Shown piece after piece: positions 18,563-27,576 of a stretch of DNA of 64,000 bases. The first letter of the stretch is position 1, and every line of letters begins with the position of its first letter. Origin of the DNA: a virus (Duplodnaviria > Caudoviricetes); IMG/VR virus record IMGVR_UViG_3300042465_005116, positions 165,288 to 229,287 of that record; one strand, given 5' to 3'. A model generated the notes under the pieces. That model did no database searches. It saw only the letters and a program-made list of their open reading frames with translations, and had not been told where the DNA came from. The translations under genes were made by a program, and so were the position numbers.

Positions 18563-20656
18563 TTATTTAGAAAGAAAGAGTGAATTCATTGTTTTGGTGA
18601 TTTGTGAAACGTTTGTCACATCAATACATTCAGCACCCTTACCATACATCGTTTTAAATGCCGATGAAATTCTACCTGAACTACCTTCCTCTACGAAGTA
18701 AGAAAGTGTTTTAATACCCATCCCTTCAATTTGTCTAACCATCTTTTGAGTATGTTTGTAAGCAGGTCCACCATGATAATCAAACTTACTTCCATTAAAG
18801 TAAGGTTCACCATCGGATATGTTTAAGAAATACGAATCCATATCGTTATTAGATGGAACTAACAATTTCATAATTGCTTCGTAACATAATCCTTCCGGTG
18901 TAGTACCCCCTGCATTTAAGCCAGGGAATAAAGCTTTCACTTTTGAAATCTTATCAACTCGTGAATCATAAGCAATAACCACATAAGGTTTTGAATCGGT
19001 TGTGGTTCTGATTGAAATCTGAATTGATAGATTTTGAATCATATCAACTGCCTTACATAACGCGGTTACGTTGGTAAGAGTTTCCACCCATTTTCTACCA
19101 CTCATTGAACCAGATGCATCAATCGAAACGTGCAAGTTAGCCTTTTTGTATGAATCAATCTCAGTAAATTGGAAAACGTTTTCGTTTCCGAATCCTAATG
19201 ATGAAATCATTCTCTTATCAATACGACCAACTTTTTGTCTATTAAAGACCGTCGTTCTATCTTCACCTCGTACCTGTAATCTCTTACCTAACAAAGTTCC
19301 GATACGAATTCCGTTGTCAATTGCAGCCTGATTATATTTGTGAAATTCCTTAGTTTCCCAATTTACATAACTAAGAGGGAACGTGTCGGTATTCATCAAT
19401 GCCGTAGTTAATTTATTAACCACAATACATTCAACACCTCGTTGTGGGTTACCCCAACCATTTGGCATATCCACACCCACCGATTTAATTTCAGAACCAG
19501 ATTCTTCAATTGAGTTAAGGTCTGTCAATTCTCTATTACTAATACCCTTCTTATGGATATTACCACGTAAGAAATCTTTTTGTTTATCTATTTTCTTTTT
19601 TAATAACTTTTTTTGAGTTTCTGATAATTCGGTAGCCGATTTTGAACTACCATCTGAATCAGAGGTAGATGGCTTACCACCTTCCATCGGAGATGATGCA
19701 GACATTGATGAACCTCCCATTGAATTTTCATCTTCATCACCCACCATTTCAGTTTTACCATTTTCAGAATCAGAATCAGATTCATCCGATTCATCATTTG
19801 ATTGACCAGAACCACCACCACCTTCACCTTCTTCGTCTCCATTTTCTCCCTCACCGGTTTCACCTTGTGTAGAGTTAGATTGGTCTTGTGCTTTAGTTGC
19901 GATAGGTAAGTTAGTTAAAATCTCTTCAAAGATACTCAATGCAACATCAAACGCATCTTTTGTAGATTGTAAACGGCTGATATTACCCAACCCAACCAAT
20001 TTGTAAATGGCTTTAAGACCGTTCAACTTATTAAGGTCAGCGTTTTTATTATGGAGGTTGATAATTCTGAACATATATGATTCAATAGTTTCCTCATTAT
20101 ATTCATCACTTTTCAATGCCTTATCAATTAAAGGGTCATTAAAGTACTTATCATACATTGAACGATAATACTCTCTATAACCAGGTGCCTGATTAAATAC
20201 ATACCAGTCAATTCGTCTATCTTCAACATAGTTCCAAATATCTTTTACGATTGATATCGGATTCATAATCCCTTTTTTAATTGCGGAATCAGAAACCGAA
20301 GCGGGAATCATTGAATGAATATCTCTCAATAATTCAAAGTTAGATAATTTAATGTGAGAACCCTCGTGTAACGCCAATCCAACTGCCACGTCAAAATCCT
20401 TTGGTTCAACTACATTAGAACCAATTACCACTGCTTTACCATCAGTATAGGAATTACCCTTACCGGAGAATTTCACAGGAATTGATTTGTTAGTAACAAT
20501 GTTTACGAAGTTTGAAATCGCCCTCTTTGCAGTGGCTAATTTATAAAGGTCATGTGATTTACGCTCAACATCATTCATGTTGGTAACTAAGATGTCATCA
20601 TCTTCCCAATCGCGTAACCAGTAAGAGGCGTGGGGTTTATAAGAATATTTACTCAT
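18563..20656 (-). CDS. vWA-domain partner of the AAA+ ATPase, with an N-terminal HExxH domain and an acidic linker (CobT-like architecture)
   Basis: LHEGSH, EDRRID, acidic Gly/Ser linker, IDASGSM MIDAS motif, GGTTPE, ISDGEP. Confidence 0.85.
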   Translation of the reverse strand: MSKYSYKPHASYWLRDWEDDDILVTNMNDVERKSHDLYKLATAKRAISNFVNIVTNKSIPVKFSGKGNSYTDGKAVVIGSNVVEPKDFDVAVGLALHEGSHIKLSNFELLRDIHSMIPASVSDSAIKKGIMNPISIVKDIWNYVEDRRIDWYVFNQAPGYREYYRSMYDKYFNDPLIDKALKSDEYNEETIESYMFRIINLHNKNADLNKLNGLKAIYKLVGLGNISRLQSTKDAFDVALSIFEEILTNLPIATKAQDQSNSTQGETGEGENGDEEGEGGGGSGQSNDESDESDSDSENGKTEMVGDEDENSMGGSSMSASSPMEGGKPSTSDSDGSSKSATELSETQKKLLKKKIDKQKDFLRGNIHKKGISNRELTDLNSIEESGSEIKSVGVDMPNGWGNPQRGVECIVVNKLTTALMNTDTFPLSYVNWETKEFHKYNQAAIDNGIRIGTLLGKRLQVRGEDRTTVFNRQKVGRIDKRMISSLGFGNENVFQFTEIDSYKKANLHVSIDASGSMSGRKWVETLTNVTALCKAVDMIQNLSIQISIRTTTDSKPYVVIAYDSRVDKISKVKALFPGLNAGGTTPEGLCYEAIMKLLVPSNNDMDSYFLNISDGEPYFNGSKFDYHGGPAYKHTQKMVRQIEGMGIKTLSYFVEEGSSGRISSAFKTMYGKGAECIDVTNVSQITKTMNSLFLSK

Positions 20657-20691
20657 ATGTTTATGTTTTAGTGTTATCAATTATTACAAAG

Positions 20692-20723
20692 CTAAACTAC
20701 TAATAAAAATCGGTATTTCCAAA
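20692..20723 (-). promoter_or_regulatory. Bacteroidota-type promoter (TAnnTTAG variant)
   Basis: TTTG-N20-TAGTTTAG-CTTTGTAATAATTGATAACA. Confidence 0.65.
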
Positions 20724-20793
20724 TTTTTACCCATTTATTTTTAAATTATTTTGGGTCTTACTATTAGGGGTGTTATCTCTCATTGTTATAAAG

Positions 20794-20825
20794 CTAAACT
20801 ACACATTATTTACCACATTTCCAAA
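20794..20825 (-). promoter_or_regulatory. second tandem promoter copy
   Basis: TTTG-N20-TAGTTTAG-CTTT. Confidence 0.6.
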
Positions 20826-20852
20826 TATTTTACCAATTATTTTAAAAAAAAA

Positions 20853-20879
20853 ATAACCTATTGGTTATCAATAGGTTAT
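20853..20879. repeat. perfect 11-bp inverted repeat (operator or terminator)
   Basis: ATAACCTATTG-gttat-CAATAGGTTAT. Confidence 0.7.
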
Positions 20880-20906
20880 ATATAATTTTTTTAAGATAAG
20901 ATTAAA

Positions 20907-21215
20907 TTAGTTGTATTTTAATCCAAAGAAACCATAGTTCTTATGTACGGAGTCTTCATCTCCTGCCCCAATTGCGATATCTTCATCTTCATAGATAGCA
21001 GAAACGGGACACTCCGGCACACACGCTCCACAATTTATACAAGTATCTGGGTTGATATACATTTGCCCACCGGGAAATGCTGCTCTACCATCTCTTTCAA
21101 TTTCACCGCCTGAACCTTCCATATCAATAGGTCCATGAATACAATCAACTGGACATGCACTTGCACATGCAGTATCCATACAATCAACACAAGCCCTACC
21201 AATGATAAAACTCAT
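20907..21215 (-). CDS. 4Fe-4S (7Fe/8Fe-type) ferredoxin
   Basis: CVDCMDTACASACPVDCIH ... CINCGACVPECPVSAI. Confidence 0.92.
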   Translation of the reverse strand: MSFIIGRACVDCMDTACASACPVDCIHGPIDMEGSGGEIERDGRAAFPGGQMYINPDTCINCGACVPECPVSAIYEDEDIAIGAGDEDSVHKNYGFFGLKYN

Positions 21216-21234
21216 AATTTATATTTTTTTATTT

Positions 21235-21639
21235 TTAGATTCCTTCAAGGATTAATTCCTGTAATCCTTGCTTTTGTCTATAATCTTTTATTGCTTCTTT
21301 TATCGCATCTTCTGCCAATACTGAACAATGTATCTTAACTGGTGGTAGGGATAGTTCCTCTACCAATTCCATATTATCCATTTTGATTGCATCATCTATT
21401 GACATTCCTTTCAACCATTCCGTTGCTAGGGATGATGCTGCTATTGCAGAACCACATCCAAAGGTTTTGAATTTGGCATCAGTTATGATATTATCATTAA
21501 CTTCTATTTGTAGTCTCATTACATCACCACATTCAGGTGCACCCACTAATCCCGTACCTACGTTGGATTTACTTTTATCCAAAGTACCTACGTTACGTGG
21601 GTTATTGAAATGGTCTATTACTTTATCTCCGTATGCCAT
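21235..21639 (-). CDS. iscU: Fe-S cluster scaffold IscU
   Basis: GAPECGDVMRLQI, FKTFGCGSAIAASS, LPPVKIHCSVLAEDAIK. Confidence 0.97.
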   Translation of the reverse strand: MAYGDKVIDHFNNPRNVGTLDKSKSNVGTGLVGAPECGDVMRLQIEVNDNIITDAKFKTFGCGSAIAASSLATEWLKGMSIDDAIKMDNMELVEELSLPPVKIHCSVLAEDAIKEAIKDYRQKQGLQELILEGI

Positions 21640-21649
21640 AATTTATTTT

Positions 21650-21886
21650 TTATTTAAGTATCTCGTAAGAAATATATACACCAACCAAAAAGAGCCTGAA
21701 ATTGAGTAAAAGATAACGTCTGCTCCCCAATACGAACCTGTCAGTTCCATCATTAGTTTGAATAGTGCATCGTAACCAAGTGGTAGAAAGAACATCGCTA
21801 ACATTAGTGATGTATCTTTGTAAAGCATCAAGCGATGCTCCTTTTCCTTTAATTTGTTTAGTTTTTTTACTATCACCGTCGTTCAT
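21650..21886 (-). CDS. small membrane protein
   Basis: Two hydrophobic segments. Confidence 0.5.
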   Translation of the reverse strand: MNDGDSKKTKQIKGKGASLDALQRYITNVSDVLSTTWLRCTIQTNDGTDRFVLGSRRYLLLNFRLFLVGVYISYEILK

Positions 21887-21936
21887 TTATAAGTTAGTTT
21901 CGTGAATAATGCGTAACCTTTTATATAAGTATCATC

Positions 21937-23265
21937 CTAATCAATATAAAGGAAATCCAAATATTTATCAGATTTTAATTTCTGACGTATTCTTTCATCT
22001 GAACATTTAAAGTGATTTGCTGCTTCTAATAAGGAATAAAACTCCATACCTTCACAACTAATTATCGGCACTTCTATACGAATTGTGCCGTTCCATAGTT
22101 TTTCCATTTCATCATATGTAATATCCCATTCATCAGTTTTTTTCCAATGACGGTATTTTAAGTTACCGGAATCTATAAAATTACGAGCTCGTTGTTCACT
22201 AAAATCTCCACCAATTAGTTCTGCTATTTGTTTAGGAGTTTCAAATGGAATACCATCCACCTCATATCGAATTGTGGGTTTGGTTTCTGCTCCTACTATT
22301 TGCCAATCTTTGTATTTTGATTTAGTAGATTTGCATCTACGTTCTATCTCCGTTGCAACTAATTCATTTGGGTCTATTGATATTGCTGCTTCTCTGAATG
22401 ATTTATATCTAATCCCATCTACAATACATTTATACGAACCATCCCAATTAATATCTTCAGTTGCTAAATCAGGATTACCCTTTACAAATACTAATACGTT
22501 TTGATGAACCGATGCTATTTTTCGATTTCTATCAAAATATGTTTTGGATATTTTAGATGCCTGATGTTGTGAGTTAAATAACACCATATCGTTATAAAAA
22601 CTAAAACCAATTTCCTCACATCCCATTATTGTTTTAGCAACTAAGTTTCGATACTTACCAATTTTATAATTCCCTGTCTTAGATACCTCACGGGTTTCTG
22701 ATAGAACTATACAAAAGAATCTATTATCTTTTAGTTTAGAATAGGACTCAGTTAAAATGTGTGCATATGCATCATCAAAATCCTCATCATCCATATTTGA
22801 TAAATCGTTTTCATTATCAGAATATATTTCTAAATCGTAGTAAGGTGGACATGTAAATACAAAATCATAGGTTTCATCATCAAGTGTTTCCAATATCGTT
22901 GCACTATCACCTACTATCCAATTTGGTTTTTCAGATTGTTTTTGATTTGCAAGGATTTGAGTTTCTGATATATCAATACCTGTGTAATGGTATCCCATTT
23001 CTGATGCAACTATTCCTCTAACACTACCTCCTGCAAATGGGTCTAATATAGTTCCACCTTTGGGACAAAACCAATCATACATCAATTCACATAATGTAGC
23101 ATCAAATATTGATACGGAAGGTTCTTCAGTATCCCAAAAATTTGTTTTGGAAATAGTTTGTTCTCTACCTAATTCGGATTGAATTTTATAGGTATTAATC
23201 CACCATCTCTTTCTATCTTGCCACTCTTTTGTACGAGTGTCTAAAATAGAGAAAGGTTTAATCAT
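21937..23265 (-). CDS. amino-type DNA methyltransferase with C-terminal NUMOD1-like repeats
   Basis: ILDPFAGGSVRG (motif I), FTCPPYY (motif IV), three (V/C)(D/E)G..(Y/F) repeats. Confidence 0.75.
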   Translation of the reverse strand: MIKPFSILDTRTKEWQDRKRWWINTYKIQSELGREQTISKTNFWDTEEPSVSIFDATLCELMYDWFCPKGGTILDPFAGGSVRGIVASEMGYHYTGIDISETQILANQKQSEKPNWIVGDSATILETLDDETYDFVFTCPPYYDLEIYSDNENDLSNMDDEDFDDAYAHILTESYSKLKDNRFFCIVLSETREVSKTGNYKIGKYRNLVAKTIMGCEEIGFSFYNDMVLFNSQHQASKISKTYFDRNRKIASVHQNVLVFVKGNPDLATEDINWDGSYKCIVDGIRYKSFREAAISIDPNELVATEIERRCKSTKSKYKDWQIVGAETKPTIRYEVDGIPFETPKQIAELIGGDFSEQRARNFIDSGNLKYRHWKKTDEWDITYDEMEKLWNGTIRIEVPIISCEGMEFYSLLEAANHFKCSDERIRQKLKSDKYLDFLYID

Positions 23266-23437
23266 TTTGTTTTGATTTGTAATATTCTTCTATCTTCATA
23301 TCAAGATAATCAATAGAACCACTATGTGTACTAGAAAACCCTTCATACTTTAAATACCGTTTAATCGCATTAGGATTTTCTTCTAATTCCGATTTTAATT
23401 TTTTTAACTCCGGTAGATGTGCAGTAATATAGGTCAT
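23258..23437 (-). CDS. small hypothetical protein (59 aa)
   Basis: Read manually: MTYITAHLPELKKLKSELEEN... Confidence 0.5.
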   Translation of the reverse strand: MTYITAHLPELKKLKSELEENPNAIKRYLKYEGFSSTHSGSIDYLDMKIEEYYKSKQND

Positions 23438-23451
23438 AACTTATTTATTTT

Positions 23452-23613
23452 TTAATATTCATCCGAAGTAAACCCATTAGATTTTCTTTCCAAATCTTCA
23501 TATAGGGCATCCATCTCCTTTAAGACAAGTTTTACCTGTCTCCAATCTTGCTCATCTATTGCATCTTCTAAAATATTACAATATTTTCCAATAAGCGTTG
23601 TTAAATCATCCAT
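23452..23613 (-). CDS. small acidic hypothetical protein (53 aa)
   Basis: Read manually: MDDLTTLIGKYCNILEDAIDEQDW... Confidence 0.5.
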   Translation of the reverse strand: MDDLTTLIGKYCNILEDAIDEQDWRQVKLVLKEMDALYEDLERKSNGFTSDEY

Positions 23614-23626
23614 ATATCTTTTTAAT

Positions 23627-24490
23627 TTATTTTATATATATATCATTTTCTATATTTTTAATTATAGAATTTGAAATTAAATTATGAAATTTTAAGCTTG
23701 GATGGTCATTATTAGACCAGGGTAAATCAGTTGCTATTCTATATTCCGATTTAGAATTGTATACTGAAAAAATAGTTTCATATTCTTTACCATCCGACTC
23801 AATAGATACCAGATTTTCTTTGTAAAAATTATATAATTCTAAATCTATATTTTTTAAGTTCTCATATTTTTGAATATCATTTGTCCAAGTTCCTAATAAT
23901 TTTATTTTTATACCAGTTTTCTGAATATCTAATAGGAATTTTAATGTCTTTATTAATTCGGTAATTGAGTATTCATTGTCGATATCTATTGGAGTCTTAC
24001 CATTAAAATAACGATTGTATAATTCATATGATTTATACTTTTTATATTCATCCAAACTAAGTTCATTACATTCGTAACTAATTCTGTCATTTAGAATTTC
24101 TCTTACCGAAATACTGCAACAATCATTTGTACATTTATCGTGAATATAGACATCTCTTAAAATTTCAGTAAATTGTAATACTATATATTCAATATCACCC
24201 TCATACTCTAATAATGATGATGATATAAACTTACGCATAGTAGTCAAACTTCCACCATTCTTTGGATATACTAAATCAAATGTATTAAAGTGTTGTGCTA
24301 CTTTTCTAGCAAACCGATTTGATTCTATAAACTTGATATGACCAGGTTTCTGATACATAACTGCTTCTGGAAAGTAATATCCCTTATGCTCTTGTTTATA
24401 ATAATCGTACCGAATCGTTGGGTATTCGGAATATAATTCTAATGCTTCACCCCATGTGAACGAACATCCTGCGAATATTATACCTTTCAT
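23627..24490 (-). CDS. SGNH-like hydrolase paralogue
   Basis: FAGCSFTWG, NDHPSL. Confidence 0.7.
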   Translation of the reverse strand: MKGIIFAGCSFTWGEALELYSEYPTIRYDYYKQEHKGYYFPEAVMYQKPGHIKFIESNRFARKVAQHFNTFDLVYPKNGGSLTTMRKFISSSLLEYEGDIEYIVLQFTEILRDVYIHDKCTNDCCSISVREILNDRISYECNELSLDEYKKYKSYELYNRYFNGKTPIDIDNEYSITELIKTLKFLLDIQKTGIKIKLLGTWTNDIQKYENLKNIDLELYNFYKENLVSIESDGKEYETIFSVYNSKSEYRIATDLPWSNNDHPSLKFHNLISNSIIKNIENDIYIK

Positions 24491-25692
24491 AAAAATAGTT
24501 TATTTATTAAATCAGTTCTATGTTCGTTCTTCTCACTTATTAAGTGATATAGATTTGAAATATTGTTTTGAAATTTATCTCTATGAGTATCCCATAGTTC
24601 ATTTACTTTAGATGTAGTAACATATGTATCTACAAATTGTTTAAATCTAGTAATACAATCTTGTTGTAAACTATAAATTAAACTATGATTTTGTACGAAG
24701 TTATGTAAATTACTTTGTTGCAACATATCATATGAAAAGAACCCCAAACGTTCCAACTCTTTTGTCATTGTGTACGAACAACAATTATAAAATGGAAATC
24801 CGTAGTAATATTCTTTAAAAGTTTTTTCAGTTATGAATACTTCCGGCTCTTCTAAACAAGTTTCAAATGTAATATGCATTTTAGCATCATACATATCGTT
24901 GAAATATGTATTATGTAAGTTTACTTTATTAAGATTTAAAAAAATCCTATCTACTGATTGTAATGTATCCTCTGAGTTCACATCGTATTCAAGCACATTT
25001 AGGTGTCTTAAATCACTTATTTTTTTTACGTTAAGATGTTCTGAATTAGAAAGTAAGTATTTAGAAATTTCATCTCTCCAACCTTTGTATCCATCTCTAT
25101 GATATAAAGCTATATCGAAATTATGTGCTATGTTTTCTTTTTTAGAATACCATCGTTCCTCTAAGTGAATTAATGATTGGTATCTAAGAAATCCAGAATA
25201 AGCATTTTGTATGAAATTTTTATGAGAACGAGTCTCAACATCAATATTAAACCCAAATTCTTTTTTAATAAATTCATCAGAATGTGTAATTGAATCTAAA
25301 TTTGAACTCAATAATAATAATCCCATCTCTAAGCATTTTACTTTGAGTTTGGAATGGTGATATATTTCACCATCATTTTCTAATGAAATGATTTTACCAA
25401 AGCCCTGAGTCTTTAATCGATTGAATTTATCATACCCATCAATGCTACCATCAATGTAGGTGATAATTATTGAATTTTGAAAAGAAGGTAATTTTAATGG
25501 ATTAGTTTCAACAAAATGATTTATTTCATTTGTAATATATACATCAAATTTATGAGAATCAACTTCAGCTAAAAATCTATATGGTTCTGAATGCTGTAAA
25601 CTATCTACATATATTTTATTCACATATGGTTTTAATAAACGATATACAAATAAAAAATCTGTTCTATTTTCAGTTATGATGTGTGTAACCAA
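24487..25692 (-). CDS. GT10 (fucosyltransferase)-like C-terminal-domain protein
   Basis: ITFET...FITEKTFK...LGF motif. Confidence 0.45.
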   Translation of the reverse strand: MVTHIITENRTDFLFVYRLLKPYVNKIYVDSLQHSEPYRFLAEVDSHKFDVYITNEINHFVETNPLKLPSFQNSIIITYIDGSIDGYDKFNRLKTQGFGKIISLENDGEIYHHSKLKVKCLEMGLLLLSSNLDSITHSDEFIKKEFGFNIDVETRSHKNFIQNAYSGFLRYQSLIHLEERWYSKKENIAHNFDIALYHRDGYKGWRDEISKYLLSNSEHLNVKKISDLRHLNVLEYDVNSEDTLQSVDRIFLNLNKVNLHNTYFNDMYDAKMHITFETCLEEPEVFITEKTFKEYYYGFPFYNCCSYTMTKELERLGFFSYDMLQQSNLHNFVQNHSLIYSLQQDCITRFKQFVDTYVTTSKVNELWDTHRDKFQNNISNLYHLISEKNEHRTDLINKLFL

Positions 25693-25703
25693 TTTAATTA
25701 AAT

Positions 25704-25829
25704 TTATCTACCTTGACCACGATAATTCTTTTCTTTTCTATCGTGTCTATTAGTAGTTTTAGATGCCTTACCGGATTTTCTTTTTCCGAATGTTACTTTT
25801 GATGTAGTTAAGGATTTTCCTTTTGCCAT
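25704..25829 (-). CDS. small highly basic peptide (41 aa)
   Basis: Read manually: MAKGKSLTTSKVTFGKRKSGKASKTTNRHDRKEKNYRGQGR. Confidence 0.65.
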   Translation of the reverse strand: MAKGKSLTTSKVTFGKRKSGKASKTTNRHDRKEKNYRGQGR

Positions 25830-26710
25830 TATTTGATAAACCCTGCGGATTTCAATGCCCTAGCATTTAATACCCACTGTTTTCCTATTGGGTTGTAAAT
25901 AGGTTTGCGTAGAAATTGGTCAATAGATGTTTGAATATTTCGTGCGATGGGTTTATCAGATGTTACAACCTTTCCGGCTTTTTTATCCTTAAAATTATAA
26001 ATGTTTTTACTATAACTAGTGTTGTCAACAATTATAAAATTTCCACCAAACATACCTTGAAATGCACCTAAGTTATTTTGACAATCCTTCCAGATTTTAT
26101 TTACTAAATCATCGGATAATGTCCTATCCCTTTCTGCATTTCTCTTTAACGCAACCTCCAGCGAAGTATTTACGAATACCATATAACAATCGTATCCTAA
26201 ACTTTCTGCATGTTCTTTCTTTTTCTTTATTTTAGTAACCTCATCACCAGTACCATCGATAATCATACCCAACCTACCTGCTTCATAAAAAGCTCTTTGT
26301 TTATTGGTTAAGTCTTTTGCATGGTTTCTAATTGAATTTTTATTATCTTCTCCTGCAATCATATCCCAAAGTTCCGGATTTTCTTTTTCAATCGTACCTA
26401 AATCTTTTGAATTGATTCCGTTATCCTTTAATCCTTTTTCAAATAGACTATCAGAGTTAATTAATTTTAACCCACCAGCAGATACTGCTGACATTGTTTT
26501 ATGTGATACCCCAAAAATCTCATTTGCAATGAAAGATTTACCACTTCCTGGTCCACCTGCCATAAATACACATTTTAGGATGCCGGGGTCATCTACACCT
26601 TCAAGTATTAAATGTTCAATGATAGATTCCTTTATGGATATCATTTCAGATTCCATATCAAACATATTATCAACTATAATTGCTTCTGCAATTAATTTCT
26701 TAATACTCAT
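25829..26710 (-). CDS. P-loop kinase (zeta-toxin/PNK-like)
   Basis: FMAGGPGSGKS, INSD..FE, MIIDGTG, VFVNTSLEVALKRNAER.R. Confidence 0.75.
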   Translation of the reverse strand: MSIKKLIAEAIIVDNMFDMESEMISIKESIIEHLILEGVDDPGILKCVFMAGGPGSGKSFIANEIFGVSHKTMSAVSAGGLKLINSDSLFEKGLKDNGINSKDLGTIEKENPELWDMIAGEDNKNSIRNHAKDLTNKQRAFYEAGRLGMIIDGTGDEVTKIKKKKEHAESLGYDCYMVFVNTSLEVALKRNAERDRTLSDDLVNKIWKDCQNNLGAFQGMFGGNFIIVDNTSYSKNIYNFKDKKAGKVVTSDKPIARNIQTSIDQFLRKPIYNPIGKQWVLNARALKSAGFIK

Positions 26711-26719
26711 AAGTTCTCC

Positions 26720-26980
26720 TTATTTCTTAGTAGCAGTTTTTTTAGCCTTTACTGATTTAGCAACTGTCTCTACTACATTAATTGCAGTTTCGTTTTGAGT
26801 AGCAATTTCTTGTCCTTGTTTAGTTACTTTTTTTGCTTTAGCAATTCCAGTTTTAACTTTATCAGTTACTTTCTTTGCTTCCGGTGCAATTACTTCCACT
26901 TCGTTTACAAATTTTTCAACTGAATTTTCAATCTGTTCTGCTTTAGAGAAAAGATTCTTAATGAATGCGAATAATCCCAT
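26720..26980 (-). CDS. hypothetical Lys/Ala-rich protein
   Basis: ORF track. Confidence 0.6.
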   Translation of the reverse strand: MGLFAFIKNLFSKAEQIENSVEKFVNEVEVIAPEAKKVTDKVKTGIAKAKKVTKQGQEIATQNETAINVVETVAKSVKAKKTATKK

Positions 26981-27030
26981 AATTTTTGGTTTTTGGTTTG
27001 TTAATAAATATAAATATAAAATTTTAAAAG

Positions 27031-27306
27031 TTATTCTTCACCATATAATGACCATTTTTTCTCTGGTTCTGGTTGTATAACTCTCTCTTCGGTATCTATA
27101 ATGTAAGTGAATCCCTCTCTAGCATCCATATAGAACTGCGTGTTACCGGTCTTTTGGTAAACATACTCCAATACTTCAGTTAGGGATTGTAGTGTGACTT
27201 GAGGGTTGTCAAGAGGTTGCCACCTATCTCCAGGTGGAACTCTCTTAGCAATTTTTGTTTTAACCTCTTCTTGTATGATTTCTAATTGTTTTCCCATACT
27301 ATTCAA
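27031..27306 (-). CDS. hypothetical protein
   Basis: ORF track. Confidence 0.6.
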   Translation of the reverse strand: MNSMGKQLEIIQEEVKTKIAKRVPPGDRWQPLDNPQVTLQSLTEVLEYVYQKTGNTQFYMDAREGFTYIIDTEERVIQPEPEKKWSLYGEE

Positions 27307-27511
27307 TTACTCTTAGTACTCTACTTTCTTTAGCACCACTTACTTTGTAATCAATTTGAACACCTGCTTTTTCAAAATCCTTAACAACTCTTGCTTCCGC
27401 TTCGGTTACTGATTGTGCATCTACTAAATAAATTTCTTTATTTTTCTTTTCTTTACCATTTTTAAGTGTGGCAACCACCACTTCAACTGCAACTTCAAAA
27501 TACTTGTTCAT
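27299..27511 (-). CDS. DUF4494-like protein (Bacteroidota-associated family)
   Basis: YLVDAQSVTEAEARV motif. Confidence 0.7.
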   Translation of the reverse strand: MNKYFEVAVEVVVATLKNGKEKKNKEIYLVDAQSVTEAEARVVKDFEKAGVQIDYKVSGAKESRVLRVIE

Positions 27512-27544
27512 ACGTTTTTTTGTTTAAATTATTAATTATAAGTC

Positions 27545-27576
27545 CAAAGATACGAAATCTTTCTCAATTTTCCAAA
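27545..27576 (-). promoter_or_regulatory. Bacteroidota consensus promoter
   Basis: TTTG-N20-TATCTTTG, an exact TAnnTTTG match. Confidence 0.75.

Noticed and set aside
17208-20680. Cobalamin biosynthesis (cobS/cobT)
   Set aside because: No other cob genes are present; MoxR AAA+/vWA pairs in phages are generic chaperone modules.
21383-21709. Plus-strand ORFs in the track (e.g. 250, 21383, 26304, 28505, 44562, 52526, 56581)
   Set aside because: They are antisense shadows of well-supported minus-strand genes and have no recognisable motifs; no credible plus-strand gene was found.
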